This document shows positions 1-12,069 of a stretch of DNA of 64,000 nt, one piece after another (position 1 is the stretch's first letter; each line of letters starts with the position of its first letter). The translations under genes were made by a program, and so were the position numbers. Source of the DNA: Paecilomyces variotii (taxonomy: Eukaryota). A model generated the notes under the pieces. That model saw only the letters and a program-made list of their open reading frames with translations, was not told where the DNA came from and did not search any database. Location: the NCBI GenBank assembly GCA_004022145.1, contig RCNU01000002.1. One strand, written 5' to 3'.

Positions 1-544
1 GCCTATATGGTGAAGAGGACAAATCATGTTTCCATCTACAAGTCATGTATATAGAGATCCACATACGGGGAATAGCAAATGCACCACCTCCTTCCCCTCA
101 AGTTGAATGATCCATTAATGTTCTGATTAAGTAGAGAATTTCATAACTATCGTACATACAATGCCGCCTAGAATACATAAGCTGATTTTTGATAAATTGC
201 TAGCTGCCTGGTTATATAGGGCGAGCTGCAAAAATATCCGACCTGTCATTCTTTTGTTTGATAATAATATTATACATGTAGTACAGAGAAACATGTCATC
301 ATGCCCGATTCATCTGCCAAGCTACCTTTCACCGGTGTTTTTATAACCAACTGATGGTGGAGATCGGTTCCGGGTGCGCTGCGAGCGAAAGACCCTGCCA
401 TTCAGCATGGGACTATATCCCATGCCGTGAGTGACGAGTCCTAGCAGAAACGACCCGATCGGCATTACCTCTGATGGAAATAGCTATAGTCATCGTGCCC
501 CCAATCGATCCATTAATTTCTTCCTCCCAGCCAACACAGCCAGC

Positions 545-1168
545 TCATTTCTTCTCACCCGTCGAGCCAGAAGCGTCCTGATCCGATGATTTCTTTCCCC
601 AATTCCACACATCCCAAATATGCTCCATGATCAAATCTCCATAACCCTTCCCTTCCTCCAACGCTTTCCGCTCCTCCTCCAGCCGTCTCTCCTTCCAACC
701 AGGCGACTCGTCTCCCATCCAGATGCGCTCCGCGGCACTCTTCTCCTGCTGCTGTTGGCGCTTCAACCGTTCGAGCTCTTCACCAACCAATCCGCCTGAT
801 CGTAGCTGCGCCTCTCGCGCAGCGCGCAGTTTCGCTTGGATCTCATGCGCGCGCTCCGAAGGCAGCGGGTCCGTGATCGCTGTGGTGGGAGGCTTGACGC
901 GGGAGAGACGCTCTTCGAGACGCTCTGTGATGCTTCTTCCGGTACGTTCGCGAGTCAGATGGTTTGCGGAGACGAGGAAGGCGCCTGTTAGTAGGACGGT
1001 GAGGTGGTCGAGTTTGCGAGGCGGGATGGCGATGAGGACGGGTGAAGCGACTAGGAAGGTCATGGCTGCGTAGTTCTTGAAGCGGATATAATCTGCTTCG
1101 CGAATGGCATTTTGACTCGGTGGATTATCCCCCGATGGAGGAGGAGTTGTAGTAGTAGCCGTGGACAT
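545..1168 (-). CDS. Hypothetical fungal protein (207 aa), two short hydrophobic segments plus a charged coiled-coil C-terminus
   Basis: Intronless ATG-TGA ORF; hydrophobic AMTFLVASPVLIAIPPRKLD and LTVLLTGAFLVS; ends WMGDE...GKGYGDLIMEHIWDVWNW. Confidence 0.8.
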   Translation of the reverse strand: MSTATTTTPPPSGDNPPSQNAIREADYIRFKNYAAMTFLVASPVLIAIPPRKLDHLTVLLTGAFLVSANHLTRERTGRSITERLEERLSRVKPPTTAITDPLPSERAHEIQAKLRAAREAQLRSGGLVGEELERLKRQQQQEKSAAERIWMGDESPGWKERRLEEERKALEEGKGYGDLIMEHIWDVWNWGKKSSDQDASGSTGEKK

Positions 1169-2636
1169 TATGTTGTTGGTGGTTGGTTGGTTGCGGGTAG
1201 GTATTCTTTCAAGATGCGGATTCGATGAAGGTAGGTGAAAGATCCAGAAAGTGCAGAAATCCGCCTTAAAGCACTTCTAGTTCAAATCGCAGATTTCCAA
1301 TTCCAGAAATAGTAAAAAAGATAAAAGTACAGTGATAGGTGTTATGCCGCGGTAATCCGCTCAACCGGCACAAAGTCCTCATCTTCGTCTTCTTGCATCA
1401 TCAGCCTTTCCGGTATAAATTTACGGCTGTCTATCAACACCATCAGCGCAGTTCAACCATTACTTAAACTTGCGTGATTCCAGCCCATGTCAATAACTAC
1501 TATGGTATGTAGCTAAGAGAGATCGACAGGCACAGAAAAGAGCTTCTATCCAATGAATAGGGTTAGAAAATATTCCATGAGGGAAAAAGAAAACAAGGCC
1601 AAGAAAATTCGGCGTCATCTGGATACCTCCAAGTTTACATATGAGAGAGAGAGAGAGAGAGTCTGGGGTCAGGTAGATAGCCCCATGTATTTCTTTTCCT
1701 TCTCCGCGCAACTTGAGTCTGTGTTATGTTAGCATGGGAATTTACTCAATACATACATGCTCTATCTCTGTATAACGAAGTATGCAGGACACGGATCGTG
1801 CAGAAATAAAATAAAAACATTAGATAGATGGAGTGTGCCCGTGTCTATATTTATTTATTACATAGACTTGAAACCCTAAAATGTATCAGCTCCGCTTTAA
1901 TTAGACACACCCACGAATAACTATATTTGTCCGATATTTCCAACACGCACCCATCCCGTGGCAGATGATGCAACGCGATCTAGATAAAGAAATCAACTAC
2001 CTTGGCAGGCTTGCATCGCGATCTACCCCAATCATCCGATCTGGATCTGTGCGGGATGCCAAGTTTTTTAGTTTCACCGTGACGTTTCGTATCTATCAGA
2101 TCTTCGCAAGCAGGTGGGGGAAAAGAAAGATGTGACTTGTCAGATCGGGAGGTGCGGAAACGTCTAGAGTACTCCGTATCAGATAGTGCCCGCTGTGTGC
2201 GTTTTGTTATTATCCTCACTCATACCTAGACGGGCTGCAGTAATAATAATAATGGTGGGTTGGAGCGAGATTTCTGGTTCCAAATTGGGAATCTGCTTGG
2301 ATTCTAATGGCTTTGGGCAAAGCTAGATGGATGTATAGAAACGTCTCTACGCTCTATTTCTTAGAAGAGAAAAGATAGCTAGCAACATGATAATGACGTA
2401 GTATTAATTTGAACAGAAAGGGACATGTTTTATTGTCCGAAAATGGTAGATTTTGGTAAAAAAGGTAATATGGACATCTTCTAACGCTGGTCTAGAAGAC
2501 AGGAACCGAATAATAAAACTCAATATGATATCACTAATCCTGACACATCCGAAGCATGGCTCGTGAAACGAAGCATATGACCACAATGAGAAATGAAAAC
2601 ATTAGACCCCTTGGACGCGAGGGCGACGTAGAATGC

Positions 2637-3022
2637 TTAGCAGCACTCCTCGAAGGCCTCGAAGCAGCAAAGACCAGCGCAACTATAGCACATCTACCTG
2701 TCAGTAACTGGGTCGCCAGTTTCCTCAGGAGGGTTTACTTACACTCCGCAGCAGATGTCTCCAGCACCAGCACCACCACGCAGGTTCATGTTCATCTGCT
2801 CCTGGGAGCCCTATCCTGCTTGTTAGTTGACTGGGGTCTTTATCTAGTTCGGATGACAGGAGGAAGCCATCATACCGGCTGCTCAGTGACGACCCGCTCG
2901 GTGGTAGGAGCGGCTGGGCTAGTCGGCTGCTCCGCAGTCATAGTGTTGGCGTTCCATGTGCGCTCCGGGGCAGCTTCCTGCTTGGAGGACTTGAACCAGT
3001 TGAAGACACCGTCACCGAACAT
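2637..3022 (-). CDS. Small Cys-rich-tail (CYSTM-like) protein, 86 aa, with internal LRGG motif
   Basis: Not in ORF track. Exons 3022-2876, 2810-2743, 2682-2637; donors GTATG and GTAAGT, CTAAC/CTGAC branch points, TAG acceptors. Splices in frame to MFGDGVFNWFKSSKQEAAPERTWNANTMTAEQPTSPAAPTTERVVTEQPGSQEQMNMNLRGGAGAGDICCGVCAGLCCFEAFEECC*. Confidence 0.85.
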
Positions 3023-3407
3023 CTTGAAGTGTGATGGGGTGGTAGATATGTGGAAATGTTTGGCGTGAAAAAAAGAAAGGATCTTTTCAGAGAGATCGAT
3101 TAGATATCGAGCTGAATGGAGCAGAGACGGATGTGGAGCCGACAGTTATGATAGAAGAAGGAGGAAAGAAACACACAAAGGGGTGAGAGGGCTCCATTTA
3201 TTAAGTTGCACGGCTCGATGAGACCGCCGGCGCCCGAGCACCCCTGAGGGAGTTCTCCGCCTACCAGTAGTCACTCATGGTAGGACGAGTAAGTTCCAGC
3301 AACGACTGGGTGTTTGTTACCGAATAATCCAACGACTGGCGTCCACTGGCTTCTTTCACCAGTGGAGGGCGGTGCGGGGGCGCTGATTCAAGCAATAATA
3401 ATTTCAC

Positions 3408-4345
3408 CAGCCACTGTGGAAGTCTAGAGGAGTCGCGCAGTTACTAACTACTAATTTTCAGGATCTCTCAGAGTCTCAGCTGAGCCCTTCAAGTGCTAGC
3501 GTGCCTCAGATAAGCTATTAGCCTCGGACGGTGGGACGTCTGTTGGCTGTTCGTACTCGTATTAATTATCCATAGGATTATTAGGGAGAGAATTACAATA
3601 AAAATAACTCCATTCCAATTCCTCAATAATAATAAATTATCATCATACTACATTCAACGGATCCGACACGAGGCTGAGCCATGGGTCCGTGGCGGTTACT
3701 AGCAATATAAGGAAACCGCAGTTTGCTGCGTACCTTTTTTTTTGCGCCAAAGTACCATAGAATTGCATCCGTGGAATAGTGATTAACTTAATATTAATCC
3801 ATTATTGCTGACTTATGCTACTACAGCGTGTCAGCAGACAGGGAAGAATAACTACTAACTAACTATTTAATTATTGCCGTGCAAAGGACACAGCGCAGGA
3901 CGAGCTCTAATCCGATGTTCACCCGTCACGGCTGTCTCGGAGCCAACGAGGCTGATGCGAGCCCTACCGAAACGTACCGAAACGACGTTAGGCCAGTTAG
4001 TGAACTTTTTCACCCCTCGGGGACGAGGATGGTACGGACTAATTGATACGTAATCCGACTCATAACTAATAATCATCTCCCATGGCTGCGGAATACTCTA
4101 TCTAGTCTACCATCGAAACCCGTTTGCCATACAGTCAATTCCCCGGTATTATTATTGGAAGTGCTGAGCCACAGAGCTGGTTCGCCATCAGCCACTCTGG
4201 TAGTTCTCCAAAGCCTCGAACGTCCACGTCAGACTCTTGGGAAGATATTCATTATTATTATTAGTATTACTGCACGGAGACCAGTTAGCGTTAGTGCAAA
4301 TTAGTTACCGTAGTTCGAGCCGAAATCTATGGTAGGCTAAGCCAC
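3408..4345. promoter_or_regulatory. Cluster of Crz1/CrzA-type (calcineurin-dependent response) motifs upstream of the CYSTM-like gene
   Basis: CAGCCAC 3408, TAGCCTC 3519, GAGGCTG 3670, GAGGCTG 3948, TGAGCCAC 4165, CAGCCAC 4189, AAGCCTC 4211, AAGCCAC 4339. Confidence 0.5.
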
Positions 4346-5119
4346 TGGAGTTCAAGCTTTGAGCCAAGCTTTGTATCGTCTAACGCGCGTCGCTATACAA
4401 CGACGGCGCCGATCCGCCCCGTTTGGCGACTTCCTCATTGAACCTTGGAAGACGATCGTCGTCCTAGACCGTACGCAAGACGTTGAAGTTTGAACAGCCC
4501 ATTTTTCAGCCTTACTAGAAGCAGTCGGATCGTTGATGCTAACAGATAACATCCTAAAAGGGCAATACTTAGAGAGCAGTCGCAGCGGTCAAATTCCGGG
4601 GACGGTCCTGTCCGGCTCCGGCCTCTTCCCGTTGACCGCTTCGCTCTGAAGGAAAGAAGAGCACTGGACAACAACTACGTAGGTCCCGTTAACCATCAGC
4701 TACACAGAGAGAAGCATATGGACGATCATAGTTTCAATATCAAAAGATATGGTTATTGCTGATCAGTGTTCAAATGCTTTTTTTTTGTAGACAGGTGGTC
4801 TGAAAAAGCGCTTAATAGTGGAGTGCAGTACATGTCGCGCATGGTTTACATGCAATAGGCGGCCAGTCACCCACCAGATCAGAACCAATGTCAACTGTAT
4901 CTGTGAATATTCGCAATTTTGCCATGCGGAAACTCTCGATGAAAGATAATAGCAAATTGTGAAGGCCTGATATAGAGTTAGCGCTGTTCTTGTTCAGAGG
5001 CAAGGACGCAACTGACTCATTTATGATGTGACAGCTCCCCAGCGGTTGATCTAGAAAGCGCCATTTCAGGAGTGACACATGTTAAACAGGACCAGGACTG
5101 TGATGCCTTCTTTTCCCGT

Positions 5120-6522
5120 CTACGGGAGTCTGCCCTTAACCACCTTATCCAAATCAACGCCAATAGTGGTGTTCTTCGGCATTTCCGTCAGAGTTCCTGT
5201 CTCGAACTTGATAGTGCCATCGTTCAGATAGCCGTTCGGCTCGATAACACCACCGGTGATCTCTCCGATGAGCTGCGCATAGTTATCCATGTATCTGATA
5301 TTGCAGCGAGTTGTTGCTGACTCGCAGTGAGCCACCAGCGCGGCAGTCGCCTTGAAAACACGCATGCATCGTGGACAGCTGGTTACTTATGGTTAGTGCT
5401 GAGGTCTTCTGGGATATGGAAGACTGTGTATGCTTACCGCACCCTCGACGCAATATTGGTCCTGATCAAAAGGTGTTCTTCAAAAGACCTTGCGTCGTCA
5501 AAGTACCCGCAGCCGCACGGGCATCTGTAGCGCCCGACGAAAGAGTCGAAGTACACAGTTGCGTCCCAATGACCGAAAAGGGTATGAAGTACCTGGCCAG
5601 CAGTTGGAAGCTTTCGAGTGGGATTAGTAGGATCCGACAGAGTCATACCCGCCTGAGAGCCTTCGTGCCTCCAAGAATCCGAAGAGTTCTTGCTCCTACC
5701 GGCAGTAGACTCTCCGTCTTGCTGATCCAGAACTCCCTTGTTCTCCTTTCCCTTATGGTCGATGGAAAGTTCAGAGAACGCCATGAGGTCACTGGACTCG
5801 GATGTCATCTGGCTTTGCCTCTGTTCTCCGAGCCTGGGCCAATGCTTCAGCGATAGCTTGGTAGATGCAGCGGATCTGTTGCCATCGTCTGATTTCGGCT
5901 GATTATTGATGGCCTCCTTATTGAGACGCGCAACGTTGCTAAGACTCACACCCCCACTGGCCTCACGATCATCATCAGATTCAGAGCCAGGTGCCAGGGA
6001 GGCCCTTAGCTCACTGGCCTCCAGGGCGTATCTAAAGGCCGTCTTCCTGGCGCGCTCCTTCACCAACTGAGTCGAGCTAACCACTGGACATTCGTTTTTG
6101 TCGATATGATTTATCATTGTCGCTCCACTCTTGAACTTGGCTTGGCAATAGCAGGTCAGATCTTGTTCCGTGCGATGGTTCTGCGTGAGAGGAGGATATG
6201 ATCAGTCCCGTTCACCAGTGTCTATCTGAAGACGGTCGAGGCAACAAGACCGTGGCTATCAACAAACCTGCATGATATGGTGGTCACGGCCACTCTCACT
6301 GCGAAACTCCGAACCACAGATCGGGCAGATAATGTGTTTGTTGCTTTTGATCTTATGAATGAGCAGCCTCTCCTCATCCTGGAAATCCTCATCGCATCTG
6401 CTGCAGTATTCATGTTCCAGATCAGAGATTTTGTGTTTTTTCATCTCTGCATCAGATCCAAATGTGCGACCGCATCCTGGAAATGTGCAAGGCACACGGA
6501 CACGAGACGGTGGTCCAGGCAT
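5120..6522 (-). CDS. C2H2 zinc-finger domain protein
   Basis: Exons 6522-6268, 6180-5438, 5378-5120 splice in frame; multiple Cys2...His2 units (CTFPGC..H, CSRC..HKIKSNKH, CPIC..H, CPCGC..H, CPRC..HCE). Confidence 0.85.
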
Positions 6523-7119
6523 GGTTTGTGATCAGTAACGAACACCCTGTGTCGATGTTTGAGGATTCCCTAGGTGAGTGCCGTGGACTAAGGTTAAGAT
6601 GAGGTTTGGAGTTATGACCGTGGGAAGCAGGGATGAAGGGAGTCGATATGGAGGTGAATGACCAGGATATGTGCTGAGAATAGTTAGGAATAGCTGGAGA
6701 GTGAATGTGGGGGTTTGAAAAAAACTGCCTCGTGGATGAGTGCAGAAAGAGGGAGGGAGAAGCGGAAGATAACAAGGCAGTCGCGGACATGAGACCTTGC
6801 AAAAGCAACAGTCAACTTCCGCTGCACGCACCCACAGAACCATGTAACGTTTGCCCTCGACAAACGACATGAATGATGTGTTTGATATTCCTTCTCATAC
6901 AGGGAATTTACCACGCAAGAGACCCCATATGTCTATTTATCAAAGATGGATGGTTCTCACCTCGCTCCGGGTCTGGAGAAGTCACTTTAAAGCTTATCAT
7001 TATGACAACGGGGAAAGAAACATCGACTTCGAGTCACATATTTCTCCGATTAACTCATACTATATGAAGATCCAAGATACAGTATCTCAGTCCTTGCATC
7101 AGAGCGCAGCCTAACATAT

Positions 7120-7715
7120 CTAGAACCTTGAGAATGGCAGCCTGGATACAATATTAGCATCTCTTCTCGATCTTTTCCAACTTACGAAAGGCTCTCACCA
7201 TTTTCCGCGCAGAGTAATGACGGCCCAGTTGTTTCCGTCCTTATCCGTCTCCTTTTCAACCTTCGTGGAGAACGAAATAGCACTCATGATGCCATCACCA
7301 AACTTTTCGTTCAGAACCGCCTTGTACGCATATCCATAGTTCTGCACGATCTCATACAACCGGTAGATCAAGGGTTCCTTCGGAGGCATCTGTACCGTGC
7401 GACCACGGTCGGGGAAGCCACTGAGCTGTTCCTCCAGCAAGTCGTGCGGAATTCCAAGAAGCGTAGAAAGCTTCTGGATGTCTTCGGACGAGGCCTTTGC
7501 CTGTCCGTAGAATATGGCGGCCGTCGCTACCTCATTGCGTCCGATATGGTTTGCGATTTCCTCGAAACTGAGCCTCTTGTTTGCCTTCGCCTTGAACAGC
7601 GTCTCTGCAGACGCTGGCAGGTAGGGGTGCTGGGTGACCTGTTGCGAAAACCATCAGCTAGCTACTATACCTGTATAGCAATGGTCAGACCTACATCAAG
7701 CGTTGCGAGCGACAT
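7120..7715 (-). CDS. cyn1: Cyanate hydratase (cyanase), 160 aa
   Basis: Exons 7715-7695, 7638-7199, 7141-7120; signature [12 protein letters not shown]...[12 protein letters not shown]...TLRGKWLPFSRF. Confidence 0.96.
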
Positions 7716-7800
7716 TCTGTTGGCGGATATTGAAATAACAGGACTATGGCGGATTGAGCAATGCTGAAGATACCGACTCAATGATATATCCATACGACTT

Positions 7801-7936
7801 CTGGAGCGATGTCATCCTTATATAATAATTAGCCCTTGGCCTTCTCCAACTCCTGGATCCGCTTGAAGCGGGGGGAAGCATCTGGTGTTCGGGAGATACC
7901 AAGATCCCGACGCGGGGTTCTCTCGTCTATGCGGGG
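7801..7936. promoter_or_regulatory. Cluster of SYGGRG (CreA-type) sites in the cyanase/PLD divergent promoter
   Basis: CTGGAG 7801, GCGGGG 7868, 7912, 7931; TATA-like TTATATAA near 7818. Confidence 0.3.
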
Positions 7937-8616
7937 CTTGTTCTGCTCTCCGATTACGGCAGCATGTCAACAATGGGAAACTCAATTATTGTATAGAAGG
8001 CAAAGCAACCTATTTTATAGCGTTGATAGTCCAGCCGCGACACATAGCCCTGTCTATACCTCCGACAGACACATTGGTCTGCAGAGCTGCCCCTCCACGA
8101 CGATCTCCAGCTAGTACTTTACAAGTGCGACACAGCCACATCCTATCACCATGTGGCATAGCTGCTCTGGTGGCATCGCTGGACTGAAGAGCGCATCAAA
8201 TATGGGTTCGAGGTGGGCCATGTCCGTTACTATCTGCTATCTGATCCGTCATGGACAGCCTAAGTGGTGGATAGCTCTTGCGCCGTTAGCAGCTGAAACG
8301 CGAGTGAAGAAGCTCTTAAACATTAGCGGGGGTTGGCACAGCTTGACACGGCTCAGAGCGAGCTGGCTTAAAAAGTCCAACTTACTCAGTGCCACACCGC
8401 GTCTTCTGGGCTCTCTGGGTATTTCATCGGCAAGAGAACTCCTTCCTGTGACTGTCAATTGCTCACAGAGACTATCTGCTTGAGACCTCAGTTTAGCCTT
8501 GCTACGCTTTTCAGTTTCTTTCAGCCTACGATCTCATTGAGGACAATCCCGCTTAGCTCCACGAGACCTCCAAGCAGCATCCAGGAACGGGACTCGTGCA
8601 GAGATAGCTCGTCATC

Positions 8617-11390
8617 ATGTCGGAGTCATACGAGCCGGACTACGAGGCAGAGCCGCAGAAAGAAGACTTTGTGTCAAGACTTATCGACAAAATAGGAGAA
8701 GCAGTAACAGGTTCCGATGACAAACATGAGGAAGAGGCTTCTCCGGAAAACGAAGTTACACCTTCGAACAACGCACACAGGTATGGCAGTTTTGCTCCTC
8801 AGAGGGGAAACAACGAAGTGAAATGGCATGTCGATGGATGCAACTACTTCCATGCCGTGTCTCTGGCACTGGAAAGGGCCGAGGAGACTATTTGGATCCT
8901 GGACTGTAAGTATTTCACTGTACCGTAGTTTCAGCAATTGTAGTCTCCCTAACCTCTTTCAGGGTGGCTTTCCCCAGAGCTGTATCTCAGACGGCCTCCC
9001 GCGCAAAATGAGCAATATCGTGTCGATCGAATGCTCCAAGCTGCTGCCGAGAGGGGCGTGCATGTCAATATTATTGTCTATAAGGAGGTTACCCAAGCAT
9101 TAACCCGTGAGTGTCATGTCTAATCTCGGACCGGAGGTCGTATTGCTGACTCTTACCTGTAAACAAGTGTCATCTGAGCACACCAAACAACATCTGGAAA
9201 GCTTGCACCCCAACATCCGTGTGTTCCGCCACCCGGACCATGCTCCCAATAGCGAAGAAGTTAAAGATACCATACTATCCAAGTTGAAAGGGTTGACTTT
9301 GGATACTGCCAAACTATCCAGTATGTCCGGTGAGGACCTGAAGGAAATTTATGGTTCCAAGGAAGAGACAGTTCTTTACTGGGCACATCATGAGAAGCTG
9401 TGTCTCATTGACGGCAAGATCGCTTTTATGGGCGGTCTTGATATGTGTTTCGGGCGTTGGGACACGAACCAACACGCGATCACGGACTTCCATCCCGCAA
9501 ACCTCGACGAGATCGTGTATCCAGGCCAAGACTACAATAACGCACGGGTCCTTGATTTCCAGGACGTTGCTCACTGGGAGCAGAACCAGCTCGATCGCAA
9601 AGCTACCCCACGCATGGGATGGTCTGATATATCAGTCAGTTTACGTGGCCCTGTGGTAGAGGATCTTCGGAGGCACTTCGTCGAGCGTTGGAACTTCATT
9701 TGGGAGACAAAATACAACGCCGATCACGATGACAATCGGTATTCCAAATTGACCCTCCACAGAGGACCAGCAGGAGCTAGTCTCGAAGACAGAAGCAACG
9801 AGCAAGGCTGGGGCCTATCAGGGTTTGGGCATGCTCTGCATGATCGATTCCATCATTATATTGGCGGAGAGGGGCATCACGCCGGCGGTCAATTTAAATG
9901 CCAAATTGTTCGAAGTTGCTCTCAGTGGAGCCATGGAGTTCCCACCGAGCATTCAATTGCAGATGCATATGCGGCTATCATCCGAGACAGTAAGCATTTC
10001 ATCTACATCGAAAACCAGTTCTTCATTACTGCAACAGGTGATGAACAGAAGCCCGTGGAAAACAAAATTGGTGCTGCCATAGTGGAGCGTATCTTGCGAG
10101 CTGCCCGTGCTGGTGAGAAGTACAAAATTATAGTCGTGATTCCTTCCGTGCCCGCTTTTCCTGGCGATCTGCTGGATGATTCAAGTCTCGGTACTCGAGC
10201 GATTATGGAATTCCAGTACAATTCTATCAACCGCGGCGGTAACAGCATCATGGAACTCATTTCTAAGGAAGGATATGATCCAGAGGAGTATATCAGATTC
10301 TTCAACCTTCGAAACTACGACAGAATCAACGGTGGCGGGGTGGCATCCCAAATCGAACGGGAGAGTGGTGTAGACTACGAGGATGCCCGTAAACAACATG
10401 ATATCGCCACCGGAGGATATGGTGGATACGGCCCAGGAGCTTTCAGCGCCGATGCTGAGACCAGAGGCTCATACGAGCAGTATCAAGAGACCGCCCAGCA
10501 GTCGCGTGCGGGCAGCCGCTGGGACTCCGTCAGTGAGTGTTATATGCTCGGTGGAGAGGACATCCGGAATGTCCCATGGGAAAACTCGGATGATATGGAT
10601 GAGATAGACGCCTTCGTTAGCGAAGAACTCTATGTTCATTCTAAGGTAAGTCACACATGGAATCATATTATGAAATTTCTGCGATGCTGACTAGTTGAAG
10701 GTCCTCATTGCAGACGACCGCATCGTCATTTGTGGTTCAGCAAACCTGAACGACCGTTCCCAGCTTGGTACTCATGACTCGGAGATCGCCATCATCATTG
10801 AAGACCCGAGGCCTGTCGAGACCACGATGGACGGCAGACCCTGGACAGCAAGCCGATTTGCGACTTCCCTCCGTCGACAACTGTTCCGGAAACACCTTGG
10901 TCTGCTGAGAGCGCAGGACTGCACACAGCTGAACGCTAATGCTGAGCCTGTCGGCGTGCCTAATGTGGACGATCTAGATAGTGAAGAGAGCCAACTAGTT
11001 GCCGATCCCCTGTCCGATGAATTCCAGGATCTCTGGATCTCGCGTGCTCATACGAACACAGAGGTTTACCGGGAGGTCTTCCACCCAGTACCGGATGATA
11101 CTGTCCGCAGCTGGGACGCCTACAAGGAATTCTTCGAGAATTATTTCCACAAAGCCGTTGAAAATGCCGATGGTAAAGACGAGCTTCTCGAGAAACCAGC
11201 GAAGTATCAATGGGGCCACGTGGTCCGTGAAAACTTCCCCGAGGGCCCTGAAGGTGCTAGACAGGTGAAGGAATTGCTTAGCAAGGTGAAAGGAACCCTG
11301 GTGGAGATGCCCCTTGTCTTCTTAGCCGATGAAGATGTTGCAAAGACTGGACTCAGCTTGAATGCCGTCACGGAGCCGATCTACACCTGA
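8617..11390 (+). CDS. Phospholipase D, fungal PldA-type without PX/PH domains
   Basis: Introns 8906-8962, 9107-9167, 10646-10700; two HKD motifs (HHEKLCLID, YVHSKVLIADD), WWLSPE, IYIENQFF, GSANLNDRS; short N-terminus. Confidence 0.93.
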
Positions 11391-12069
11391 TCTATGACTC
11401 GATGTCTGTGATATGAGTACTGGGTTCTTTCAGTTGGCTATGTGCATGTACAGATATCTAGACATCGTCCCACATACGTTTACCTATGATCTAATTGGGA
11501 ATTGGAGAAGAAATCTTCGAATATTCTTAGGAGCCGTGTAGACGCAGCGACTTCACTCTACGTTTAAGACGTCTCTATGATAACGCACAATCTACCTGGC
11601 CGGGTGACACTGTCCAGTTGCGGGGTGTAGCATCTTAACTGCGGCATTCCCGCCTTTCTCTGAAACAATGGACACAATGCTGGTCATTGTAAGCGAGGAT
11701 CTTTGATTTAGGAGAAAAGCTCCTCGTGTAAAATCAAAATAGATCTACCATCCGTACTTCCTGAGGAAGTGAATGCTTGTGCCCACTTGAGTCGACTCGA
11801 TGAGAATGAGAACAATACGAATGGGCCATGTTACCCAACAATGGTCTAGTCAGCACCCCACCCCCCACACGAATATAGACCCATTAGTTCTTCTCACTCT
11901 ACATATTGTTCTCCGTTTGCCATTCAACCCGAACAATATGTCGCCGGTATTGACCATTCGGGGTAAACACATGATATTTTGGAGGGGACATGTCATATAT
12001 AGCCTTCAATCCTTAAGTTCCCTTTTCATGATTCTTCCGCATCAACTTTTTACTTAGTCTACATCAAGG

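Noticed and set aside
2556-3068. 170-aa plus-strand ORF
   Set aside because: Antisense shadow of the spliced minus-strand Cys-rich gene; no recognisable motifs
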